Source: an uncultured Myxococcales bacterium (GTDB lineage: Bacteria; Myxococcota; UBA4151). Taken from it: a DNA stretch of 17,611 bases. Both the position numbers and the translations under genes were made by a program. Positions 1-8,025 of this stretch are shown here, one piece after another. The stretch's first letter is position 1, and the number at the start of each line of letters is the position of its first letter. Under the pieces are notes generated by a model. It saw only the letters and a program-made list of their open reading frames with translations, was not told where the DNA came from and did not search any database. Where the stretch lies: NCBI GenBank assembly GCA_964013405.1, contig CAXGWI010000068.1, forward strand, positions 1-17,611, given 5' to 3'.

Positions 1-1
1 C

Positions 2-727
2 CTCAGGGTCGACGCCACCTTCGAGCGGGAGGGGCAACGCTACGCTGTCATCGATACGGCCGGCATTCGCCGCAAACGAAGTATCTCCTCCCAGTTGGAA
101 CGCTACAGCGTCGTGTCTGCACTGCGGGCCCTCGATCGAAGTGATATCGCCCTCCATCTGATCGACATTACCCAAGGTGTCAGTGAACAAGATGCGAAGA
201 TCGCTGCGTTCGCCCATGAGAAAGGCAAGGCAGTCATTCTGGTGCTCAATAAATGGGATGCCCAGCCCAAGGGGCAGCGAGACCGTAAGGCTTTTCTCGA
301 AGAGCTTCACGACAAGCTGAAGTTCATGCGTTACGCACCGGTCTTCTTTACGAGCGCACTGACGGGCCAGGGCCTCGACAAACTCCTGACTGAGGTCAGC
401 GCCCTGCTCGAGCGCTATTACCAACGCATCCCCACCTCCAAGCTGAACGATTGTCTGCAGGAGGCGAACCGCCGCCATCAGGCCCCCTCCTTTCGCGGCA
501 ACCCCATCCGCCTGCTCTTTGGTTCGCAAGTCCGTGTGGCGCCGCCGAGCATCGTGATTCACACCAGCCACCCGGAAGGGGTCGATATCAGCTACCGCCG
601 CTACGTGATCAACCGCCTCCGGGAACGCTTTGACTTCGCTGGCGTGCCCATCACGGTTTGGTACCGCAAGAGAGACAGTCATGGGGGTCGGAACCAGGGC
701 TCGAAGCGGCGCCGAGGGCGTCGATGA
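2..727 (+). CDS. der: Ribosome biogenesis GTPase Der (EngA), 5'-truncated: second GTPase domain plus C-terminal KH-like domain
   Basis: The frame is open from base 2 (LRVDATFEREGQRYAVIDTAGIRRK...). It contains G3 DTAG, G4 NKWD, G5-like TSALTG and the Der C-terminal pattern 'PP..vihts.P.....SYRRYVINRLRERFDFAGVPI'. The ORF-track start at 95 is an internal TTG. Confidence 0.96.
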   Translation, partial: LRVDATFEREGQRYAVIDTAGIRRKRSISSQLERYSVVSALRALDRSDIALHLIDITQGVSEQDAKIAAFAHEKGKAVILVLNKWDAQPKGQRDRKAFLEELHDKLKFMRYAPVFFTSALTGQGLDKLLTEVSALLERYYQRIPTSKLNDCLQEANRRHQAPSFRGNPIRLLFGSQVRVAPPSIVIHTSHPEGVDISYRRYVINRLRERFDFAGVPITVWYRKRDSHGGRNQGSKRRRGRR

Positions 728-1848
728 GCGATCAGCCATCAGATCCCCCCCGGGCGCCCGAAACCCCACTCGAAGCCCCCATTACAGCCCCCTTGAGCCC
801 CTGGGCTGACCCGGCGGCATCGACGCCCTCGGGGACCGGCTCAAACGATGATGGCGGGGGACTCGGCGACCCCCAATCCCTCGCACCCTTGCTCGACACC
901 GAGGAAATTAACGACGTCTTCAAAGCGCCAGAGGAGTTCCTAGACGCAGCAAAGCGGACCACAAAGGAAGGACTCGACTGGCGTCTCGAATGGCGCATGG
1001 CCGTCCAGACGGTGAAGGCCTTCCTCAACAATGACGACTGGTTAAATGCCGCGGCGATTAGCTTCTATGCCATCCTCAGCTTCATCCCGTTCTTGCTGCT
1101 GATGGTCTCCGTCCTGGGCTACCTAACCCACGGGCAGACCTACGGTGATCTGGATCAATTGGATAAGTTACTCGAGCCACTCCAGGCCTACGGTTTCGTC
1201 ACGCCCGAACTCACCGCTGAGCTACGTCGCCTGGTGCAAGCCCGCGGCGCGATCGGCGTCACGGGTTTCATCGTGCTGCTGGCGACCGGTGGTGCGGTCT
1301 TTCGGGGTCTGGAGCTCAGTGTGGCGAGGATTTGGAACCAGCGTCACAAGGCCATCGGCTTGGGTGCCGCCCTCACCAGTCGCCTCATCGTCGGTGGCGT
1401 CATCATGAGCCTCTGTCTGCTCCTCGTCATCACCGAGTGGATTCTAGGCGTCGCCGTCCCCCTCCTCGACAAGCACCAGCCCAGTTGGTTTGCCCAAATC
1501 CAAGACCAACTGCCCGTCGGTACCGTGATGACACGTCTCCTCGTCGTCGCCGGCGTCATGATCATGCTCAAGGTGCTCACCCGCTTCAAAGTCAGTTGGA
1601 TGCCGGCCCTGCGAGCGGGCCTTCTCTTTACCATTCTGTGGTGGCTGGCTGCGGTGGGCTTCCAGTTCTACCTCCAGCATGCGGAGCTCAACGCCGTCTA
1701 CGGCTCGTTTGCTGCGGTGATGGTGGTCGTGCTCTGGACCTTCTACAGCGCGATCATTCTGCTGCTGAGTGCTGAATATGCCTACGCCTGGAATCAGGAG
1801 CGAGCCCGGCGAAAGGTGAGGGCTCGACTGGCGGCGCAAAACAGTTAG
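724..1848 (+). CDS. YihY/virulence factor BrkB family inner-membrane protein
   Basis: Contains 'AAAISFYAILSFIPFLLL' and 'VYGSFAAVMVVVLWTFYSAIILLLSAE', both typical YihY motifs, and about six hydrophobic segments. The ATG at 724 overlaps the der stop (ATGA, 724-727), so it is preferred over the track start at 658. Confidence 0.9.
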   Translation: MSDQPSDPPRAPETPLEAPITAPLSPWADPAASTPSGTGSNDDGGGLGDPQSLAPLLDTEEINDVFKAPEEFLDAAKRTTKEGLDWRLEWRMAVQTVKAFLNNDDWLNAAAISFYAILSFIPFLLLMVSVLGYLTHGQTYGDLDQLDKLLEPLQAYGFVTPELTAELRRLVQARGAIGVTGFIVLLATGGAVFRGLELSVARIWNQRHKAIGLGAALTSRLIVGGVIMSLCLLLVITEWILGVAVPLLDKHQPSWFAQIQDQLPVGTVMTRLLVVAGVMIMLKVLTRFKVSWMPALRAGLLFTILWWLAAVGFQFYLQHAELNAVYGSFAAVMVVVLWTFYSAIILLLSAEYAYAWNQERARRKVRARLAAQNS

Positions 1849-1866
1849 GCCGGCTACAGCGAGGGC

Positions 1867-2613
1867 CTATTTGATCTCGTACACCCGCCCGACAGGTGTA
1901 TGATCCGGCAACAAGACTAAGCTCTGCCGACCGTCGACACGAATTAGATGGGCTTCATCGCCCACATCAAAGGCCTGCCGACAGTCTCCATGGATGAGTT
2001 GGACCGTTTTCACCAGAATACGCCCACTGCTGGCGGTGCGCTCCAATCTGCAATCGTCACCGGCAACGACCACCTCCCAGGCCCCCTCAGGAGCTGGGTC
2101 CGCAGCCACCCCTAATCGGTTCATGAAGCCTCCCATGGGGCCTCGCTCGCCAGCAGGAGGCCCAAAGACACAGGCAGAACAACTCTGGGTCCCTAACCAA
2201 GCGATCGTCACGAAAACCATGAGGCCGGCAATGCCCGAGGCTCCCCGGGGCAAGAGTCCAACCAACACCCAGGCCAGGTGGCAAATACCAAAGATGATCC
2301 CGCCGTACAGAAAGCCCAGGAGGGCCTGCTTCGGATCAAAGAGATGGAACCACCGGGCCCCGTCCCAGGCCATGCGATAGCCATGGCCTACGAGCAACAT
2401 CAGGATGAGCGTCGGGACAAGCCAGCCCCGGTTGGGCTTGGGGCCGCGACCAGGCCCCCACACCACCTGCCATTTCATGTCCTCGGGACCAAAGCCCGGC
2501 GGGACCTGCTCCTCCTCCGGCGAAGGCTCCGGCGGTGCCTGGGTGGAGGGCCCGCTGTGTTCGGCCTCCACATCGACGACCGGCCGATCGTCCTCCTCGT
2601 GCTCGTCGCTCAA
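1867..2613 (-). CDS. Hypothetical membrane protein (acidic, Pro-rich N-terminus, about three TM helices, soluble C-terminal domain)
   Basis: A 248-aa ORF with a TTG start 4 nt after the stop of the upstream gene. It fills the gap between two confident genes and has three hydrophobic stretches (WLVPTLILMLLVG; ALLGFLYGGIIFGICHLAWVLVGLL; IAGLMVFVTIAWLG). I do not recognise a family. Confidence 0.7.
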   Translation of the reverse strand: MSDEHEEDDRPVVDVEAEHSGPSTQAPPEPSPEEEQVPPGFGPEDMKWQVVWGPGRGPKPNRGWLVPTLILMLLVGHGYRMAWDGARWFHLFDPKQALLGFLYGGIIFGICHLAWVLVGLLPRGASGIAGLMVFVTIAWLGTQSCSACVFGPPAGERGPMGGFMNRLGVAADPAPEGAWEVVVAGDDCRLERTASSGRILVKTVQLIHGDCRQAFDVGDEAHLIRVDGRQSLVLLPDHTPVGRVYEIK

Positions 2614-2617
2614 CCGT

Positions 2618-3403
2618 TTAACGCCGGGAGTTTAGCTTCATCAAAAGGCGTAGGATTTCCAGATAGAGCCAGACCAGCGTCACCATGATGGCAAAGGCAC
2701 CGAACCACTCCATGTGCTTGGGCTGACCACTTTGCGAGGCCCGGTCGATGAAGTCGAAATCGAGGACCAGGTTCATACTCGCGATGGCGACCACGAAGAG
2801 GCTGAAACCAATCCCAGCCATGGATGCGCTGTGAATGAGCGGTAGCTCGAAGCCGACGAATCGACCGACGAAGGAAATCAAATAGAGAATCATGATGCCG
2901 CCCGTCGCAGCCATCACCATGGAACGGAAGCGCTGGGTGACCTTGATCAGACCAACCTTGTAGCAAACAAGCAGAGCACCCAGGATGCCCAGCGTTAAGA
3001 AGGCCGCTTGAAAGGCGATCCCAGGAAAGCGGGTCTCCGCGAAGGCGGAGATCCCGCCAAGGAAGAGCCCCTCCAACACCGCATAGGCCGGGGCAAGAAT
3101 CGGTGCGACGGTCGGCTTGAAAATGATGATCAAGGCGGTCACAAGACCCGCGATCGCCCCACCCCAGGTGTAGAGCGACACGGCGCTAAAGGCAGCGTTG
3201 TAGTCCTGCGTAAACCGAAGGGTCTCAAGGAAGGTGTTGAAGGTATAGGAGGCACCGAAGAGGGCCAACAACACCAGAATGCCCGTCTTGCTGGCTGTCC
3301 CCTGAACAGTCATCGCCTCTTGTCCTGGCGCAAGCGCGGCGGGAGCCCAACGACTCTCGTTGAAGGTGGGATTCGATGTACGCATAAAAGAACGGCTTCT
3401 CAT
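2618..3403 (-). CDS. Bax inhibitor-1/YccA-like membrane protein (BaxI_1 type)
   Basis: Contains 'MRTSNP', 'MTVQGTASKT', 'APAYAVLEGLFLGGIS', 'LVLDFDFI' and 'PKHMEWFGAFAIMVTLVWLYLEILRLL', with about seven TM segments. The start is placed at ATG 3403, which has AGGAG 6 nt upstream, rather than 3532, which lies inside the neighbouring gene. Confidence 0.9.
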   Translation of the reverse strand: MRSRSFMRTSNPTFNESRWAPAALAPGQEAMTVQGTASKTGILVLLALFGASYTFNTFLETLRFTQDYNAAFSAVSLYTWGGAIAGLVTALIIIFKPTVAPILAPAYAVLEGLFLGGISAFAETRFPGIAFQAAFLTLGILGALLVCYKVGLIKVTQRFRSMVMAATGGIMILYLISFVGRFVGFELPLIHSASMAGIGFSLFVVAIASMNLVLDFDFIDRASQSGQPKHMEWFGAFAIMVTLVWLYLEILRLLMKLNSRR

Positions 3404-3430
3404 GGTCAGCTCCTGTGCACTGGCGGCGCT

Positions 3431-3459
3431 ATCATTAGTTTCTGTTTCAGGGCGGTCAA
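3431..3459 (-). promoter_or_regulatory. Candidate sigma70-type promoter for the BI-1-like gene
   Basis: The minus strand reads TTGACC-N17-AATGAT within a relatively AT-rich intergenic gap upstream of the SD and ATG at 3403. Confidence 0.3.
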
Positions 3460-3497
3460 CGGCTGAATTGAGGACTGATTCCAGTTTGGCAAGGAAG

Positions 3498-4505
3498 CTA
3501 CCATCGACCGACAGCCCGTCTGAGGAAGTCATAGGGGTAGCCGGTCGGGAAACGGCTCGCCTTGTTGAGTTGAGTCATTTGCTCATCGTCGAGTCGTAAG
3601 GATGCAGCCTGGGCGCTCTCGGCTAACTGCTGTGCATTGCGAGCACCAACGATCACGGAGGTCACGGCGGGTTGGGCCAGCAGCCACGCGAGCGCCACCT
3701 GGGCCGGACTTGCTCCATGGGCCTCTGCAACGATCCGCAAGGCATCGATGATCTGCCAGTTGCGTGGCTTATCATAGATCTTAAGACGGCGATCCATACC
3801 CAAGCGTCCCAACTCTGGATCAGGTGTTTGCGTGTATTTTCCTGAAAGAAAACCACCGGCAAGAGGGCTCCAACACAAAAGGCCCATCTGCCGATCCCGC
3901 AAGAAAGGTAGGTGTTCCCGCTCCACATCCCGGACGATGAGATTGTACTGGGCCTGGAGCGAGACAAAGCCGGCAAAGCCATCCTGCTGGCCTAACTCGG
4001 CGGCCCGTGCGAGGTGATAGACCGCGGCATTGGAGATACCCGCAAAGCGGATCTTGCCGGCTTGGATCTGATCTTCGAGGGTGCGCAAGATGAGCGGAAG
4101 CGGGGTCTCAAGGTCCTGCAGGTGGAGTTGAAAGAGATCGATTCGATCCGTTTGGAGGCGGTTCAAGGCAGCCTCGAGGCAGGCCACGATGCGTTCGGGA
4201 GCGGCGCCCCGTCCCGTCTCGCTGGCGTAGCCGAACTTGGTCGAAAGAATCATTTCATCGCGGCAGCCCCGATCCTCGAGCCACCGCCCGATGATCCGCT
4301 CGCTGGCTCCCCCATCTCCGTACACATCGGCCGAGTCGATGCAGTTGATGCCAAGGGCCCTCGCCTGGTCCATCAAATCGTAGGCTTCGGTTTCGCAGGT
4401 GTGTCCGGCCATAAAGTGTCCAGAGGCTGCAGGGCCGATAGACATGCCCCCCAGACTGAGGTTGGCAAGCTCCAGTGTGCTCTCACCCAATCGCCGTCGC
4501 TCCAT
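3498..4505 (-). CDS. Aldo/keto reductase (Tas/aryl-alcohol dehydrogenase-like)
   Basis: Contains DSADVYG (catalytic Asp/Tyr), STKFG (Lys), LNRLQTDRIDLFQLH, QAQYNL, WSPLAGGFLSGKY and AQVALAWLL. The start is placed at ATG 4505 (MERRRLG, a typical AKR N-terminus) with GGGAGG upstream. Confidence 0.93.
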   Translation of the reverse strand: MERRRLGESTLELANLSLGGMSIGPAASGHFMAGHTCETEAYDLMDQARALGINCIDSADVYGDGGASERIIGRWLEDRGCRDEMILSTKFGYASETGRGAAPERIVACLEAALNRLQTDRIDLFQLHLQDLETPLPLILRTLEDQIQAGKIRFAGISNAAVYHLARAAELGQQDGFAGFVSLQAQYNLIVRDVEREHLPFLRDRQMGLLCWSPLAGGFLSGKYTQTPDPELGRLGMDRRLKIYDKPRNWQIIDALRIVAEAHGASPAQVALAWLLAQPAVTSVIVGARNAQQLAESAQAASLRLDDEQMTQLNKASRFPTGYPYDFLRRAVGRW

Positions 4506-4615
4506 AGCAGGCTCCCTCCCGTTGGCAGGCTGCTGCCAGGTTTGGGCGGACTGGATCAAGGGGCTGTTTGTCATACCCAGGCCCCATGCTAGGTGGGACG
4601 AAGGAGACAGGGATC

Positions 4616-5428
4616 GTGACGAGTATCCGAGAAAGCTTGGTTTTGGTCTTCGATACAGAGACGACGGGTATCGATGTAGAGACGGACAGAATCGTCCAAC
4701 TTGGCGCGGCCTACTACCAGCAGGGCGCCCGTGTAGGTCCGCCACGGGCCATGCTCGTCAATCCGGGCATGCCCATCCCGGAAGGGGCGAGCAAGGTCCA
4801 CGGCATCCAAGATGCCCACGTCGCCGACGCACCCTCATGGGAGGTGGTCGGGGCTCGCTTCGCCGATCACCTGGCCCATGGGCCTGGCGGTGACTCGCCA
4901 CCGCTCCTTTGCGGCTACAACGCCGTCAGCTATGACACCCCCCTCATCAATGCTGAGTTCGAGCGTCATGGACTCTCGGTGCGAATCGATCCGGGCCGAG
5001 TCCTCGACCCCATCGTCTTCGTCCGCTGGCACCATCGCCATTGGCCCAAACGGAGTTTGGAACATGTTGCCGCTCGACAAGGGATTCGTCTGACTCGGGC
5101 CCATAGCGCCGACGCCGATGCCATGGCCACGGGCGATCTGCTCATGAAGCTGCTGGTCGAAGGACTCATCCCTGACGACCTCGAAGCGGCCCTATCCCAG
5201 CAGCAAGAGTACGGTCGCGCCCTGGAAGAGGAATGGGGCGAGTTTAAACACAGCCTCTATCGAGACCGGCAAAACGGCGATCTCCGGATCGGCTTTGGCA
5301 AGCACATCGGCACGCCCCTTGCACAAGTCGATCCGAGCTATTTGAACTTCTGCCTTAGCAAGTTCGATGGCCTGACGGAAGCGACTCGAGAGGCCTTTAG
5401 CCAGGCTATTTCGGGCGCATCGCACTAA
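4616..5428 (+). CDS. DEDDh 3'-5' exonuclease (DnaQ/ExoX-like) with a C-terminal FGKHxG domain
   Basis: ExoI FDTETTG, 'VNPGMPIP...SKVHGI', ExoII GYNAVSYD, ExoIII AHSADADA, and a C-terminal 'IGFGKHIGTPLAQVDPSYLNF'. GTG 4616 follows AAGGAG at 4601-4606. Confidence 0.9.
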   Translation: MTSIRESLVLVFDTETTGIDVETDRIVQLGAAYYQQGARVGPPRAMLVNPGMPIPEGASKVHGIQDAHVADAPSWEVVGARFADHLAHGPGGDSPPLLCGYNAVSYDTPLINAEFERHGLSVRIDPGRVLDPIVFVRWHHRHWPKRSLEHVAARQGIRLTRAHSADADAMATGDLLMKLLVEGLIPDDLEAALSQQQEYGRALEEEWGEFKHSLYRDRQNGDLRIGFGKHIGTPLAQVDPSYLNFCLSKFDGLTEATREAFSQAISGASH

Positions 5429-5469
5429 GGGCTCGTCGTCCACGGGACCGGGCTGTTTGGGCTCAGGCC

Positions 5470-5498
5470 TTGAATCCAGCGGGCACAGAGGCCAAAAT
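5470..5498 (+). promoter_or_regulatory. Candidate sigma70-type promoter for the SprA-related gene
   Basis: TTGAAT-N17-CAAAAT lies just upstream of SD AAAGGAG (5504-5510) and ATG 5517. Confidence 0.35.
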
Positions 5499-5516
5499 GG
5501 GGGAAAGGAGCTAGCG

Positions 5517-6350
5517 ATGATCGGCGGGCTGTCTCTGTGGGTACCCAATGAAGCTGTGGGCAAAGGCAGCTCAGAGGTCCACGACCACGTGGAGCCGATC
5601 AACCTAAGGGTCTCCCCACCGCCACGCCCCCAAACCATCGAGCCTCCGGGCTTTCGGATGGATGGAATCTCGCTCTCGCCGGAGGGCGAGCGACTCGCCG
5701 CTGCCCAAACGGCGGCAGCACCGGCCATCCCCGAAATCGATGTCCCCTCCCTGAAGGTGAGCAATCACAGTACCGATCATCACCTCGCCGCCCGAGACCG
5801 AGCGGTTCGAGCCCATGAGAGCGCTCACCGAGCCCATGCAGGCCGGTATGCCGGGGCACCAACCTACACGTTTGAACGGGGCTCCGACGGCCGGATTTAC
5901 ATTGCCGGCGGTCAACTGAGCATCGATATGCAGCCCGTGCCGAATAATCCGGCAGCAACGGTTCAAAAAATGCAGGTCCTCGAGCGGGCGGCCCTGGCCC
6001 CAGCCAACAGCTCCTCGGCGGATCGGGCCGTCGCCAATCTCGCCCGAGGTGAAGGGGCCCGGGCCCGGCGGCAGGTGCAACTGGAAGCTCAACGTGAACA
6101 GGCTCTGGAGCAGATTCGCGAGCGGCAGCGGGAGGAGCGAGCGGCCACCGAAGAGGAACTCTACGGTGGGGGCTCGGCCTATCCCGTCAGCTTCAATCGG
6201 ATCGAGTTCACCGGCGGCTTGCAAACAGGTATTGAGACCGCTGCTGGTCGCCTAGAGGCCGGTGGTCTCGCGACCGCTGGTGTCGGGACCCAACAGGCTG
6301 GAACCAGTAGCCTGGCCGCTTCCCTGACGGGTGAGCTAGGCGAAGACTAA
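5517..6350 (+). CDS. SprA-related family protein (putative HExxH metalloprotease)
   Basis: The core 'RDRAVRAHESAH...AGAPTYTFERGSDGRIYIAGGQLSID...PAATVQKMQVLERAALAPA..SSADRAVA' matches the SprA-related family pattern as I recall it. ATG 5517 has a strong SD (AAAGGAG). Confidence 0.8.
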   Translation: MIGGLSLWVPNEAVGKGSSEVHDHVEPINLRVSPPPRPQTIEPPGFRMDGISLSPEGERLAAAQTAAAPAIPEIDVPSLKVSNHSTDHHLAARDRAVRAHESAHRAHAGRYAGAPTYTFERGSDGRIYIAGGQLSIDMQPVPNNPAATVQKMQVLERAALAPANSSSADRAVANLARGEGARARRQVQLEAQREQALEQIRERQREERAATEEELYGGGSAYPVSFNRIEFTGGLQTGIETAAGRLEAGGLATAGVGTQQAGTSSLAASLTGELGED

Positions 6351-6382
6351 TCACCGTAGGTGCCCATCGAACCGGGTCGACG

Positions 6383-8023
6383 CTAGACGGCTCGGCTGTA
6401 GTATCGCTCTGCGTAATCGGTCACCATGCGCCGACTTGAGAAGGCTTCTGCGGTGAGGACCGCCTGCTTTTGCATCGCCCGCCATGGCCCCTCGTCCTCA
6501 GCCGTCAAGATGGGCAAGACCCGCTGCTCGAGACAATCGTAGAGCGCCTCCGCATCACCGGGATCGTCTCGGGATGGCTCGTCGGATCCAAATGCAAAAC
6601 CATTTTCACCGTCTCGACATCCTTCCACCCACCAACCATCGAGAATGCTCAAGTTGGGCACGCCTTGAAAGCTCGCCTTCATACCCGACGTCCCGCTGGC
6701 TTCGAGGGGACGGATCGGATTGTTAAGCCAAAGATCGACCCCGCCGGTGAGTAAACGGCCCGACCACATCGAGTAATTGGGCAACATCGCGATCCGGAGT
6801 TCGGGTGTCGACGTTCTCGCCGCTTGTGAGAGCGCCTGAATGATCCCTTGCCCCTCGGTGTCCCGGGGATGGGCCCGGCCTGCAAAGACGATCTGCAGAC
6901 CACCGAATTGGCGGGCCAAGGCTTGCAGTCGCTCAGGGTCGCGTAAAACCAAGTTGGCCCGCTTATAGCCCGTCATCCGGCGGGCGAAGCCCAGCAAGGG
7001 CAAGTCCTCCGACAGGCCAGCTTGGGTTTGCGCATTCACGAACTGCACCAACTCGGCTCGACAACTGGCCCGGGCCCGGCCAAGTGCATCATCGGGCAAA
7101 CGAGTCGCACCAGCCAAGCGACTCTGATCGTGTCGCCAGCCAGACAAGTAATCATCGAAGAGCCTCGCCATCGGCGGAAGGCACCAGGTGCTTAAGTGCA
7201 CACCGTTGGTCACAGCCTCCAGGTCCCGGCCGGGGAAGAGGTCCTGGGCCACCTGTGCATTTGTCACCGAGACGCCGTTCATGGCCCGGGCGTGGGCTGC
7301 AGCGAGGTGACTCATGTTGAGACGCTCACCAGGGACCAAGGACTTCAACTCTTCGGTGAGTTGGGGACCACAAATCCCAGCAACCATGTCCCAATCAAAG
7401 CGATCATGACCCGCGGATACCGGTGTATGGGTCGTAAACAAACAACGACCCCTCACCTGCTCAAGCCCCTGCCGTTTGGCCAAGCCGAAACCGGCAAATG
7501 CAGTGTGCCCCTCGTTCAAGTGGAGCTGCATCTCATCGGTGATGCCGAGTTGCTCAGCGAGGGCGAGGCCACCGAGCCCGAGAACCAGTTCCTGGCGCAG
7601 GCGATTGTCCTCACCACCGCCGTAGAGGCGCTCGCTCACCTGCCGCCAAGCTGCGGTATTTTGAGGCAAGCCCGCGTCCAAGAACCAAACGGTGACGACA
7701 TGACCATCGAGGCCAAGGACCATTCGCTTCCACGTGGTTAACTGGACCGTCTCGCCGTGGACTTCGATGGCCAAGTCGAATCCGCCCGGCTCGAGCACTC
7801 GATTCGGCTCTAAACGGGGGAAGGCAAGGCTTTGGGCCCCCGCCTCATCGAGACTCTGAAGCCCATAGCCCTCCCGGTAGTACAAACTGACTGCCGTCAA
7901 AGGTAGCCCCAGATCTGCGGCACTGCGCACGTGATCACCGGCCAGGACACCGAGCCCGCCAGCATAGGTTGGAAGACCCGGCTCCAGGCCAATCTCGGCC
8001 GTTAAATAGAGAATCGGTCGCAC
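6383..8023 (-). CDS. glgP: Alpha-glucan (glycogen/maltodextrin) phosphorylase, short form, GT35
   Basis: Contains 'EIGL...PTYAGGLGVLAGD', 'RLRQELVLGLGG', 'HLNEGH', 'FTTHTPV.AGHD', 'TNGVH', 'ARRMTGYKRA' and the PLP-lysine motif 'EASGTSGMKA'. The GTG start lies 2 nt after the pgi stop. Confidence 0.93.
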   Translation of the reverse strand: MRPILYLTAEIGLEPGLPTYAGGLGVLAGDHVRSAADLGLPLTAVSLYYREGYGLQSLDEAGAQSLAFPRLEPNRVLEPGGFDLAIEVHGETVQLTTWKRMVLGLDGHVVTVWFLDAGLPQNTAAWRQVSERLYGGGEDNRLRQELVLGLGGLALAEQLGITDEMQLHLNEGHTAFAGFGLAKRQGLEQVRGRCLFTTHTPVSAGHDRFDWDMVAGICGPQLTEELKSLVPGERLNMSHLAAAHARAMNGVSVTNAQVAQDLFPGRDLEAVTNGVHLSTWCLPPMARLFDDYLSGWRHDQSRLAGATRLPDDALGRARASCRAELVQFVNAQTQAGLSEDLPLLGFARRMTGYKRANLVLRDPERLQALARQFGGLQIVFAGRAHPRDTEGQGIIQALSQAARTSTPELRIAMLPNYSMWSGRLLTGGVDLWLNNPIRPLEASGTSGMKASFQGVPNLSILDGWWVEGCRDGENGFAFGSDEPSRDDPGDAEALYDCLEQRVLPILTAEDEGPWRAMQKQAVLTAEAFSSRRMVTDYAERYYSRAV

Positions 8024-8025
8024 AT

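Noticed and set aside
1..10. First codons read LRVD where Der usually has TRDxxD
   Set aside because: Only a couple of codons at the window edge differ, so this could be an edge artefact or a natural variant; it cannot be interpreted.
4506..4745. N-terminal extension of the AKR ORF overlapping the exonuclease head to head
   Set aside because: Both genes have better downstream starts with SD sequences (4505 and 4616), which removes the overlap.
4616..5428. Possible anti-phage or CBASS-like system (exonuclease plus nucleotide cyclase)
   Set aside because: The cyclase is a housekeeping membrane CdaA about 10 kb away in its normal context. There is no CD-NTase, effector or mobile-element signature.
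6351..6382. Intrinsic terminators at the convergent junctions (also 1849-1866)
   Set aside because: No convincing stem-loop followed by a U-tract is visible.
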